Shown here: in pieces, positions 9,840-17,728 of the stretch
How the letters are laid out: the number at the start of each line of letters is the position of its first letter
Position numbering within the stretch: the first letter of the stretch is position 1
DNA from: Gammaproteobacteria bacterium
Lineage (GTDB): Bacteria; Pseudomonadota; Gammaproteobacteria; Natronospirales; REEB76
Reading direction: 5' to 3'
Assembly: GCA_036000105.1 (NCBI GenBank)
Contig: DASYGE010000002.1
Location: forward strand, 264,793-328,792
DNA length: 64,000 bases
Translations under genes and position numbers: made by a program
The notes under the pieces: model-generated
What the model was told of the DNA's origin: nothing
Seen by the model: only the letters and a program-made list of their open reading frames with translations
The model's database searches: none

Positions 9840-9907
9840 TTTTAGTTTCAACTTCTCAGCTTAATTTTAGTTTTTAACTTCTCAACTAAGAACCCGAGAA
9901 TCATCAA

Positions 9908-10300
9908 ATGGCAGTGAGCACCAATTACGGCACCGGCCGTCGCAAGACCGGCAAAGCCCGCGTCTTCGTGAAAGCCGGCCGCGGCCGCATCCTCGTGAAC
10001 GGCAAGCCGCTGGACGAATACTTCGGCCGCGTGACCGCGCGCATGATCGTGCGCCAGCCGCTCGACGTGCTGAAGATGAACGATTCCCTGGACATCGAAG
10101 CGACCGTCGAAGGCGGCGGCACCACCGGCCAGGCCGGCGCCATCCGTCACGGTCTCACCCGCGCGCTCATCGAATATGACGAGACCTTCCGCCCTGCACT
10201 GCGCAAGGCCGGGTTCGTGACCCGCGACGCCCGCGCCGTGGAGCGCAAGAAGGTCGGCCTGCACAAGGCTCGCCGCGCGCCGCAGTACAGCAAGCGCTAA
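9908..10300 (+). CDS. rpsI: 30S ribosomal protein S9
   Basis: 130 aa ending ...[17 protein letters not shown]. Canonical rplM-rpsI pair. Confidence 0.97.
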   Translation: MAVSTNYGTGRRKTGKARVFVKAGRGRILVNGKPLDEYFGRVTARMIVRQPLDVLKMNDSLDIEATVEGGGTTGQAGAIRHGLTRALIEYDETFRPALRKAGFVTRDARAVERKKVGLHKARRAPQYSKR

Positions 10301-10312
10301 TCAGCGAATACG

Positions 10313-10367
10313 GAACCGCCCGGCAGATTCTCATCAGGGAATTGTCTGGCGGTTTCTTTTTGGGCGA
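10313..10367 (+). terminator. rpsI intrinsic terminator (long imperfect hairpin plus T-run)
   Basis: AACCGCCCGGCAGA...TGTCTGGCGGTT followed by TCTTTTTGGG. Confidence 0.6.
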
Positions 10368-10387
10368 ATGTTTAACGGCCCCGCACT

Positions 10388-10410
10388 TGGGGGATCGTCT
10401 GTCGGTAGGG
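10388..10410 (+). pseudogene. orphan tRNA-Gln 5' fragment (acceptor 5' strand plus D-arm, broken in the D-loop)
   Basis: TGGGGGATCGTCTGTCGGTAGGG versus the intact gene TGGGGGATCGTCTAGCGGTAGGA at 10620. No anticodon arm, T arm or 3' acceptor follows. Confidence 0.75.
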
Positions 10411-10500
10411 TGAGTCGGTGATTTCAGAGATGCCGCAGGCATCTCCCGACGAACGACACAACAGGGATGTTGTGGCCGGAAGGCACACCAGGGACGGGTC
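10411..10500 (+). repeat. modular hairpin repeat, long form (copy A1)
   Basis: Hairpin GAGATGCC-GCA-GGCATCTC (10427-10445), linker CGAACGAC, hairpin CACAAC-AGGGAT-GTTGTG (10457-10474), box CACACCAGGGACGG (10484-10497). Confidence 0.75.
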
Positions 10501-10619
10501 AGTGGACGGTTCTCCTGGTTAATTTGAGAATCATTTAGTACTGGGTTTGGCGGCGAGCGCCGAGCTGAGTGGCGGAGTCTTCCAACTCAAGGTTTCTGGT
10601 TTAAAATCGCAATGTTTTT

Positions 10620-10693
10620 GGGGGATCGTCTAGCGGTAGGACTGCGGACTCTGACTCCGCCAACCTAGGTTCGAATCCTAGTCCCCCAGCCAA
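10620..10693 (+). tRNA. tRNA-Gln (anticodon CTG)
   Basis: Manual cloverleaf. Acceptor TGGGGGA/TCCCCCA, anticodon stem GCGGA/TCCGC with loop CTCTGAC, T-arm CTAGG-TTCGAAT-CCTAG, encoded CCA. Confidence 0.93.
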
Positions 10694-10701
10694 AAGAAAC
10701 A

Positions 10702-10737
10702 AGGGCTTACAGTGACAACACTGTAAGCCCTTTTTCT
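10702..10737 (+). terminator. tRNA-Gln intrinsic terminator
   Basis: AAGGGCTTACAGTG-ACAA-CACTGTAAGCCCTT followed by TTTTC. Confidence 0.85.
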
Positions 10738-10821
10738 ATGTAAGCGCAATGTAAGCAATTCGATGGAAAAATTGCTCAGCCCTATTGGGCGGCGACACGC
10801 GCCGTTTCGGATTGCATGCCT

Positions 10822-10950
10822 GGCGCCAGTCGCTACCAACGCGTTGGTCCGCAATCCCGCCATGCGTTGACGCCATTGCCGTTCAACGCCTATGAGCGCA
10901 CCGAGCACGAGAGCGAGTACCACCCGCGGGAGAAACGCGTCCCAAATCAT
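10822..10950 (-). pseudogene. MgtC/SapB-family gene, N-terminal fragment only
   Basis: MIWDAFLPRVVLALVLGALIGVERQWRQRMAGLRTNALVATGA matches the MgtC N-terminus, then diverges into unrelated sequence that runs into the tRNA terminator. Confidence 0.65.
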
Positions 10951-11047
10951 ATATATGCCTCCCCTCGCGTCTGCCAAAGGCGCGACCTGCTGGTTTCTTA
11001 GCAATACCATCGAGCTGCGAATTTCTGTAATTGAGAACTACTAGGCT

Positions 11048-11332
11048 CTACAGGTATCTGGTTATTTCCTTGAACTCGGCGATTGCCGCCTTTTTGCGTG
11101 TGCCACCCGCTTCCATAGCCTCGTCTAGACAGTGATCCAGATGGTCATGGATCAAGGTCTCTTTCGCATGGGCTAGTGCTCGTTCGATGGCATGCAGTTG
11201 CTGCGTGATGCTCAAGCAGGCTCGCTGTCCCTCGATCATTTCGATGACGCTGCTTAGCTGGCCCTGCGCACGCCGCAGACGACGGACGACATCTGGATGA
11301 CTGTGATGCAATGTTCCAATCGCCATGTTCAC
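11048..11332 (-). CDS. CsoR/RcnR/FrmR-family metal-sensing repressor
   Basis: 94 aa. HSHPDVVRRLRRAQGQLSSVIEMIEGQRACLSITQQLHAIERAL...H..HC is the DUF156 pattern. Adjacent to the Ni/Co transporter-like gene. Confidence 0.85.
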   Translation of the reverse strand: MNMAIGTLHHSHPDVVRRLRRAQGQLSSVIEMIEGQRACLSITQQLHAIERALAHAKETLIHDHLDHCLDEAMEAGGTRKKAAIAEFKEITRYL

Positions 11333-11371
11333 ACCCCCGTATTACATTTCGATTACGTGGAATGCACGTCC

Positions 11372-12082
11372 TCACCAAACCGACCAGATCATAAATACCA
11401 GCCCCACAACAGCGATTAGCGTACCACTGAGTACCTCCCCATGGCGCTCAAGAGCTCCGAAGTGTAGGCGCCTCAACGTGGCAGTCGAATACACGGTCAC
11501 CGCCACGTATGTAGCAATGGTGCTTATCGCGAAGCACACTGCCATGGTGACTATCAACCCGGGCCCGTATTTACCTGCGGCGAAGAACGTCGGGATGCCT
11601 TCCACCATGGGCGAGGAGCCGAGTATCAGCAGCAGCGCGGTGCGGGACGAACGCATATGCCTATGTCCTTGCAGCGTCGATTGAGTCCCGTCGTCTGCGG
11701 CGTGGCTATGCGGGATTCCGCCATGATCATGGGCGTGGGCACGTCCATGTGCATCTTCGTTGGCGTCATGCAACTCGCGCCAGGACGAGAGCGCCATCCA
11801 CCCGCCGAACGCGATCAGTAGAAGGCCCGAAGCTGTTTCGACGAATTCGCCGAAACGCGCGGCGACGGCGACTCCCGCTATCCAGACGATTACCCCGATA
11901 ATCAACGTCGAAAAAACATGCCCGGACCCGGCAAGTAATGCCGCTCGGGCGGTTTCCGACTTGGACCATCGACGCTGCCGAGCGATCACCATAATCGGCG
12001 CCCAATGGTCCGGCACCAGGGTATGCAGCACGCCGACGCCCGTGACCGCCCCGATCAGCAGAAATTGAGGAACGTATTCCAT
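11372..12082 (-). CDS. RcnA/NicO-superfamily nickel/cobalt transporter with His-rich loop
   Basis: 236 aa, about six TM segments. LHTLVPDHW motif (compare RcnA LHGLEPGHS) and central loop HDANEDAHGRAHAHDHGGIPHSHAADD. Confidence 0.75.
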   Translation of the reverse strand: MEYVPQFLLIGAVTGVGVLHTLVPDHWAPIMVIARQRRWSKSETARAALLAGSGHVFSTLIIGVIVWIAGVAVAARFGEFVETASGLLLIAFGGWMALSSWRELHDANEDAHGRAHAHDHGGIPHSHAADDGTQSTLQGHRHMRSSRTALLLILGSSPMVEGIPTFFAAGKYGPGLIVTMAVCFAISTIATYVAVTVYSTATLRRLHFGALERHGEVLSGTLIAVVGLVFMIWSVW

Positions 12083-12111
12083 AATCGCAACTCCTTGGCC
12101 AGACCGAGCGG

Positions 12112-12318
12112 CTACTTGCCGAAATGGACTAATCCCGCCAGGCTGAGGAATTGATACCCCACCAGCAGCATCATGAGGATCAGATAACTGCGCAGCAGAA
12201 TCAGGGACGTCTTCACGCTCTGCGTCATTTTGATGTGGCCGAGATTGTCTAGGCTGCGCTTCTGTTCGGCCACGTCGTCCAGCGGATGGATCACACGGAA
12301 TACCGGTTCGGCATTCAT
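12112..12318 (-). CDS. small membrane protein (hypothetical)
   Basis: Internal ATG after AAAAGGAACAAACC. 68 aa with one C-terminal TM segment. Sits between the NRAMP and rcnA-like genes. Confidence 0.4.
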   Translation of the reverse strand: MNAEPVFRVIHPLDDVAEQKRSLDNLGHIKMTQSVKTSLILLRSYLILMMLLVGYQFLSLAGLVHFGK

Positions 12319-12382
12319 GGTTTGTTCCTTTTGGGGAGCTTTCATTCTGGTTGATTGACGCACGGCACTTGCTCCTTTGAAA

Positions 12383-13720
12383 CTAATTGCCGCTTGAGGG
12401 GAACAGACTTGGGATAGTGACCTGCAAGGCTAGTACCAGGGACAACGCGAAGAGCACGACGATGATGGTCCAGTTGATGACGTTGTTCCAACGCTTGTTC
12501 ACGAATTCATTCCCGAGCAGCTCGTGATCGTTGAGCAACAATTGCAGGAAGATGACGGCGGATGGCAGGATCACGCCGGCCAATACCTGCACGCCCAGGA
12601 TGATGAGTTGCAGGGGCGCCTTGGGAATCAACACCACCGCCGCTGCCAATAGCACGCACAGGGCATAGACCGCATAGAACCCCTTCGCTTCCCGGACCGG
12701 CTTGTGGAGGCTGTGGTTCCAGCCCTGCACCTCGCCCCAGGCCCAGGCGCTGGAGAGCGAGATAGCGGTGGTGCCCAGCACCGCTGCATTTACCATCATG
12801 ATCAGCACTCCGTCGCGCACCAGTCGTCCGTAGATCGGACCGAGGGCGGCGGCCATCTGCGCCGGGTCGGTGTAGCTCACCCCATGGCGCAGCATGGCAT
12901 CACCCACCAGCATCATGGCGCCGGCCACCAGGATGGTGAAACACGCACCGATGAACGTGTCCAGCCGCGCCCACTTGAGGTCGGCGAAACGCAGTCGCTT
13001 GTCCGCCACGCAACTCTGCTGGAAAAAGAGCTGCCAGGGCGCGATGGTGGTGCCGACGATCGCGATGACAAGGAATATGAGGTCAAAGGTGATGCCACCT
13101 TTGGGGATGGTGGGCAACAGCGTATTGACGGCGACGTCCGCCCAGGTGGGATGCACCACCACCGCTAGCACGAACCACAGGGTATCGAACAGGCACAGGG
13201 CGATGACCATGCGCTCCCAGCGCAGATAGCTGCCGGTGGTGACGAGGGAGATCAGCGCCACCGCTGCGATGGGCACGGATAGGTACGGCGAGACCCCGAG
13301 CTGCGATAGGGCCATGGAGATCGCCGCGAACTCGGTGACTAGCGTCAGGAAATTCACCAGTAGCAGGTCAAACAGCGAGAACCGCCCCCACCATTTGCCG
13401 AAGCGCTGGTAGATCATGGCAGCATGGCCCTTGCCGGTGGCGATTCCCAGCCGAGCCACCATCTCCTGGATGAAGTAGCAGATGGGCAGCAACAACAGAA
13501 GCAGCCACAAGAGGTGCACGCCGTACTGGGCCCCCGCCTGGGTGTAGGTGGATACGGCACCTGCGTCGTTGTCCGCCTCCATGACGATGAGCCCCGGGCC
13601 CATCACCATGAGGAAGGTGAGCAGATCGCGGACGCCACGCGAACGCACCGTGCGTACCTTGCGGGAGTCCACGTTGTCCGCGGCTGGAGCTGCATTATTC
13701 AGTTTGATGATTTCAGACAT
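12383..13720 (-). CDS. NRAMP-family divalent metal (Mn2+/Fe2+) transporter
   Basis: 445 aa, polytopic. MVMGPGLIVMEADNDAGAVSTYTQAGAQYG is the NRAMP DPGN-type region. Confidence 0.9.
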   Translation of the reverse strand: MSEIIKLNNAAPAADNVDSRKVRTVRSRGVRDLLTFLMVMGPGLIVMEADNDAGAVSTYTQAGAQYGVHLLWLLLLLLPICYFIQEMVARLGIATGKGHAAMIYQRFGKWWGRFSLFDLLLVNFLTLVTEFAAISMALSQLGVSPYLSVPIAAVALISLVTTGSYLRWERMVIALCLFDTLWFVLAVVVHPTWADVAVNTLLPTIPKGGITFDLIFLVIAIVGTTIAPWQLFFQQSCVADKRLRFADLKWARLDTFIGACFTILVAGAMMLVGDAMLRHGVSYTDPAQMAAALGPIYGRLVRDGVLIMMVNAAVLGTTAISLSSAWAWGEVQGWNHSLHKPVREAKGFYAVYALCVLLAAAVVLIPKAPLQLIILGVQVLAGVILPSAVIFLQLLLNDHELLGNEFVNKRWNNVINWTIIVVLFALSLVLALQVTIPSLFPSSGN

Positions 13721-13732
13721 GGCCGGCCCCCT

Positions 13733-13909
13733 TCAGAACAGTCGGCCGGACATGCGCCGGTCATGGCTGACCAGGCTGCCGAAGAGTTGCCCATGCTGCT
13801 CACGGGTGTGGTGCGCAGGAGCTTCCGTGGCTCGGACTTGCGGCCGCACAGCCAAGCGCTGCTTGAGCCAATTGAAACCGTATAGAATCAAGTCGATAAC
13901 TTTTTTCAT
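13733..13909 (-). CDS. small ORF (58 aa) upstream of the NRAMP gene, hypothetical
   Basis: Below the ORF-track size cutoff. GGGAG is 8 nt upstream of the ATG. MKKVIDLILYGFNWLKQRLAV... The stop lies 12 nt before the NRAMP ATG. Confidence 0.3.
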   Translation of the reverse strand: MKKVIDLILYGFNWLKQRLAVRPQVRATEAPAHHTREQHGQLFGSLVSHDRRMSGRLF

Positions 13910-13926
13910 GATGCTTGCTCCCGAAA

Positions 13927-15378
13927 TTAGTACTGCAGATGCAGGCGCAGTCCGTAGACAAGCGCGGGCCCGCGGTCCCGGTTGTAGCCGGGGTTTTGAA
14001 AATATTGGATGTCCGGGCTGATCTGGACGTACGTACCCGCCTGGAAACGGTAGTAGGCTTCCAGGATCTGTTCGTGGCCGTAGTTCAGCCGCCCGTCACA
14101 CAGTTCGAAGCCGCAACCACCCAACTCCAGATAACGCTGGTGCACGGCGGACAAGCCGTCGATGACTAGTGCGATGCCGGACCGGTCGTCCTCACGACCC
14201 CAACGCAGACCTGAGACTTGGCCGCCGAAGCTCAGGCTGCGATCAACCTCGGTGAAGGCGAACGTCTCGGTTTGGCCGTCGTCCCAGCCGGCCCGCACGA
14301 ACAAGCCGGTCTCGCCGTTGTCCGCCAACGGTTGCTCCAGATTGAAGCCGAAGCCGTGCTTTTCACGTCCATCGGCATCGTCAGCGACGATGTCAGGCTG
14401 GGCACCGCTCGCCAGTGCCTTGCTGATGGCGTTCTGGTAGATGCCCATGCGCGCCACGTTGCGGTAAAGCGTGAAGCGCAGCACCGTCCCGGAAACGCCA
14501 GGCATCAGATCGAACTCGAGGTTGTCCCCGTGGACCCGGCTCAGGGGCCATGCCAGGGCCTCTTGGTTGGCTCGCTGCGGCATGCGATAGATGCCGAACT
14601 TCAGGGACCAGTCGGGCTGGAGGTAGCCGAACACCAATCCGTCGGTGTAACCGCGGGTATCCGCTGCGTAGTCGTAAGCACCATCGTTGATGAGCGCCCA
14701 TGTCTCGAACTGGGTGCGCGTGCTGTTGGCATAGCGGTTCTGATCAAAGTCGTCCCCGACGGCGAGCTTGCCGGCCTTGAACTCGAAGGCATGCGTGGGT
14801 ACTTCCCCCGGCAGCTGGTCTTGGGCACGGTCGACGCGGGTGGTCTCGGTACCTAAGGGCAGCAGGAACTCCACATAGACTCTGGCGATGTAGGTATCCT
14901 TGGGCAGGCCGTTGCCGGCCCGCACCACGTCGCCATCCGCAGGGCTGCCCAGGCCCGTGGCATTGCCGACACCGCCGCCGATGAAGCGCTCGATGTCGAG
15001 ATAAGCCTGCCAACGGGATGCCAGGGCCATACCGAAATAGGCGCCGAAGGTCTGACTGGTCTCGTCGTCGCCGCTGGCCGGGAAGCTCTGGGGGCCCGAG
15101 TACTTGGCATCGAACGAATCCAGGTGCTGATGGATGTTGTTGTACTGAGCTGCCAGCAGCATCGGCACCCACGGCTCCGCCGCCACCGTCGTAGCGGTAG
15201 TGACAGCTGTGGGAGCCGCGGTAACCGGGAAATGGTCGGGAGCCGGATCAACACCTGGCAAGGTCGGGGGAACCTGGTCCGCATATACGGGTAGAGCGAC
15301 ATTACCCGACAGCAACAGAATTGCGGCCAGGACCCATCCACGCGTCGAAGCCATGCGCTTTGCGTTGTGCGCAGTCAT
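13927..15378 (-). CDS. outer-membrane porin (OprB-like family suspected)
   Basis: 483 aa. Signal peptide ...LLLSGNVALPVYADQ, beta-strand-rich, C-terminal ...YGLRLHLQY with a terminal aromatic residue. AGGTGA SD. First gene of the porin-NRAMP string. Confidence 0.7.
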   Translation of the reverse strand: MTAHNAKRMASTRGWVLAAILLLSGNVALPVYADQVPPTLPGVDPAPDHFPVTAAPTAVTTATTVAAEPWVPMLLAAQYNNIHQHLDSFDAKYSGPQSFPASGDDETSQTFGAYFGMALASRWQAYLDIERFIGGGVGNATGLGSPADGDVVRAGNGLPKDTYIARVYVEFLLPLGTETTRVDRAQDQLPGEVPTHAFEFKAGKLAVGDDFDQNRYANSTRTQFETWALINDGAYDYAADTRGYTDGLVFGYLQPDWSLKFGIYRMPQRANQEALAWPLSRVHGDNLEFDLMPGVSGTVLRFTLYRNVARMGIYQNAISKALASGAQPDIVADDADGREKHGFGFNLEQPLADNGETGLFVRAGWDDGQTETFAFTEVDRSLSFGGQVSGLRWGREDDRSGIALVIDGLSAVHQRYLELGGCGFELCDGRLNYGHEQILEAYYRFQAGTYVQISPDIQYFQNPGYNRDRGPALVYGLRLHLQY

Positions 15379-15708
15379 GTTTCACCTGTTTTTCATAGGC
15401 GACCGGACGCACAGGCCCTGGGGTCTGGTATCCGGTCAGGTCGTCGAGGGAACAGCGGTTGGACGCGAGGCAAACCACTGTATCGAGGACGACTCGTTAC
15501 ATTTCGCAGCGCACTGGAGAGGGGTCTTTGAAGACATCCGCCGGGGGCGGACTCAAGACGGCTAGGAAGCGCACTGCCTCGTCTTTTCAGCGAGACAGCG
15601 GCAGGGAAGGATCAAAAACGGGAATTCCTGCGGGCCGGTCTCACCGAGCCTGTTTTTTGCTACTAGGGCTACTGTCCATTTAGAACTCCGTTCAAGTTAG
15701 ACGGCGCA

Positions 15709-15736
15709 AGTGTAGTCCAGGATCTCAAAGTGTCAA
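15709..15736 (-). promoter_or_regulatory. candidate sigma70 promoter for the porin-NRAMP operon
   Basis: On the minus strand: TTGACA, 16 nt, TACACT. This would give a leader of about 320 nt. Confidence 0.35.
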
Positions 15737-16061
15737 GAAAAAAATGCGTAAATGTCTAAGAATTCTTCTTTAGGTCTCCGAAGAAGTGGTGTGGCCATTT
15801 GCCAGGCCCTACTCCGATGGGGTACCCCTAAAAGTGATCCGTTTTGCTGCTGCCGGAATATATGCGGTAATTGGCATGATTACCCTTCTGGATGCCAACA
15901 CCAGATTGATTTAGACGCCTGGTTGGTAATGCCAGAATCTTCAGGGAAAGAGCAAGAACAACTCCGTCGGAGGCATAGTCTCCGAAGGGGCGGAGGGCAC
16001 GCCTACACGGATGTAGGCGGTAGAGCAACGCAGGAGCAGTTGCCGAGGGACAGCCCGGAGT

Positions 16062-16092
16062 AATCCTGAGTCCCCCAGCCTCTAGTTATCTT
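16062..16092 (+). repeat. att-like direct repeat of the tRNA-Gln 3' end (island A/B junction)
   Basis: AATCCTGAGTCCCCCAGCC versus tRNA AATCCT-AGTCCCCCAGCC. The following TCTAGTTATCTT recurs at 18337. Confidence 0.65.
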
Positions 16093-16164
16093 GAGCGACA
16101 ATCCTAAGTCTTCTCAATACCGTTTTTCGCCGAAAGCAGACGTAAAATTGGGTGGCCTGGCCAC

Positions 16165-16431
16165 TCATCCAACTATTGTAAGTATTAGAGAGCCGACAAG
16201 GCCAATCAGAAAGCAGACGAGAAGCATAGGCATGAACCAATGTATTTTATATACATCTCGTGCTCGTCGCATTCTTTCCAATCTCTTAATATCTTTTTCG
16301 CTCTTTGATCGTTCTAACATTCGTATTCGCTTAGGCCAGAATAAATAATAATAAACTAAAATCATCAATGCGATGGCTAAGCCTATGACTTGGTAGGCGT
16401 CACCCGCTAGATCTTGCATTAGCTCTTTCAT
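16165..16431 (-). CDS. small two-TM membrane protein (hypothetical, AT-rich)
   Basis: 88 aa. Two hydrophobic helices separated by the basic stretch KRIRMLERSKSEKDIKRLERMRRAR. Confidence 0.5.
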   Translation of the reverse strand: MKELMQDLAGDAYQVIGLAIALMILVYYYLFWPKRIRMLERSKSEKDIKRLERMRRARDVYKIHWFMPMLLVCFLIGLVGSLILTIVG

Positions 16432-16488
16432 TGTTATGCGACCTCAACGTTCAATAAAGCTGGCAAGCGTTACTTCAATAGCTTGGAT

Positions 16489-16516
16489 ATGTCTGCTTTT
16501 GGCCGCAAGCAAACAT
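16489..16516. repeat. 28-nt palindromic hairpin element (third copy)
   Basis: ATGTCTGCTTTTGGCCGCAAGCAAACAT matches 26 of 28 positions of 42376-42403. A half copy, TTTTTCGCCGAAAGCAGACGT, lies at 16123-16143. Confidence 0.7.
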
Positions 16517-16778
16517 CGATCGTCATCCGTTCCTACCCGCCAGTTAACCCACCTTAACTATCGTTACTCGCATTTGACGATATGCCCCCGGGGGGTGGGT
16601 ATATATGAATTTTTTATGACAGTCCCTGTGGATAAGTGTGCGCTCCAGCCGCAACTAATCCGGCCGCACTAACAGCCGGAAACACGATAGCTAAATTGCA
16701 TCACAGCCTTACGCCGATTACTACCCTCCCCCTGAATCAGGACGAGGGACGGGCTAGGGGGGCGGGATACCGCTGAAC

Positions 16779-17018
16779 GGCTGTAGCAGATTGGGAACAA
16801 GTATTGGGATGCTCGAAAAGCACTACAGCAAGCTCAAGCCGTACATGAAGTTGGCGACGCTGAATGGTTCTGAGGACATAGTTAATAAGTCATATGGTAT
16901 TTTGGAAAACGGTGCCTATACTCGATTAGAGCTATTACTTATGCACCAGCAACAATTGATTGACGAGCAGACAGAGGCTATTAAGAAACTGTTAGATAGG
17001 CTGCAGAGTATGTATTGA
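16779..17018 (+). pseudogene. tyrosine-recombinase (integrase) 3'-terminal remnant 1
   Basis: ...GTSIGMLEKHYSKLKPYMKLATL... is the catalytic-Tyr end of a phage-type integrase. No upstream integrase body, and a frame break relative to copy 2. Confidence 0.7.
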
Positions 17019-17037
17019 TCAAGGAGTTTAACTAGTC

Positions 17038-17484
17038 ATGGAATTGATAATTTCGTTTGCTATCGCTTATTTTCTGACAGGCGTGTCGTTTGTCGTGCAA
17101 GATTTGGGCAGTAGTCCAAAAGATAAACCTGTTTGGGCGTCGAACCCAACTGTAGCCATAATGTTGCTCATTTGCCTGATATGGCCAATTCGCTCGTACA
17201 TCAATTTCGCACGAGGTAATGTTTGGAGAGGACTTGCATTAATGTTGTACGTGTTTTTTGTGCAGATGGTCGTGGTCACTATTCTTGTTTCGTTATGCAT
17301 AACAATTTCATTTCATCTGTTCCATAGCACAATTTTTGCACTTATTGTGACTCTAATATTAATTCTGGTAGGTACAGTATTCGTATTACCCTTGTTGAAC
17401 TTGATTATGATTCCATTAACGCTCCTATTTGTTTCGCTACTGTCTTTCTTATTTTCGTCCACGAAAAACAAAAGTCATGAGTGA
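17038..17484 (+). CDS. four-TM membrane protein (hypothetical, AT-rich)
   Basis: 148 aa, strongly hydrophobic. AAGGAG upstream. Confidence 0.6.
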   Translation: MELIISFAIAYFLTGVSFVVQDLGSSPKDKPVWASNPTVAIMLLICLIWPIRSYINFARGNVWRGLALMLYVFFVQMVVVTILVSLCITISFHLFHSTIFALIVTLILILVGTVFVLPLLNLIMIPLTLLFVSLLSFLFSSTKNKSHE

Positions 17485-17489
17485 AAAGG

Positions 17490-17716
17490 TCTTTTGCAAA
17501 AAGCGTTGGTGGCTGGCTGTACAGATGGGAACAAGTATCGGGATGCTTGAAAAGCATTACAGCAAGCTCAAGCCATACATGAAGCTGGCGACGCTTAGTG
17601 CGACTGCTCCTACTAGCTCAACTAACGCTGGTCTTGAAGCATTAGTAGCTAGGCAGCAGGAAACGATAGGCCGGCTACTCAAGATGTTGGAGTATTATCA
17701 GGCTGGGGTGAAATAA
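17490..17716 (+). pseudogene. tyrosine-recombinase (integrase) 3'-terminal remnant 2
   Basis: ...KRWWLAVQMGTSIGMLEKHYSKLKPYMKLATL... The 81-nt segment 17515-17595 is about 88 percent identical to 16779-16861, and the sequence diverges after that. Confidence 0.7.
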
Positions 17717-17728
17717 CAAGGAGCTGCC

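Larger units (their letters stand above)
10694..16080. mobile_element. degraded genomic island A integrated at the tRNA-Gln 3' end (metal-homeostasis cargo, no intact integrase)
   Basis: The tRNA 3' end AATCCTAGTCCCCCAGCC (10675-10692) recurs as AATCCTGAGTCCCCCAGCC at 16062-16080. The interval holds a truncated mgtC, an rcnR-like gene, an rcnA-like gene, an NRAMP gene and a porin gene. Confidence 0.6.

Noticed and set aside
15752-16063. 103-aa ORF (and antisense 15828..16028) at the right end of island A
   Set aside because: The translation is Cys/Arg/Gly-rich and odd, there is no SD, and it overlaps the att-like repeat and several short hairpins. This is more likely non-coding island-end sequence.
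16574-16608. Strong-looking promoter TTGACG ... TATATA ahead of integrase remnant 1
   Set aside because: The spacing between the two hexamers is about 20 nt, too long for a canonical sigma70 promoter. Not reported as a feature.
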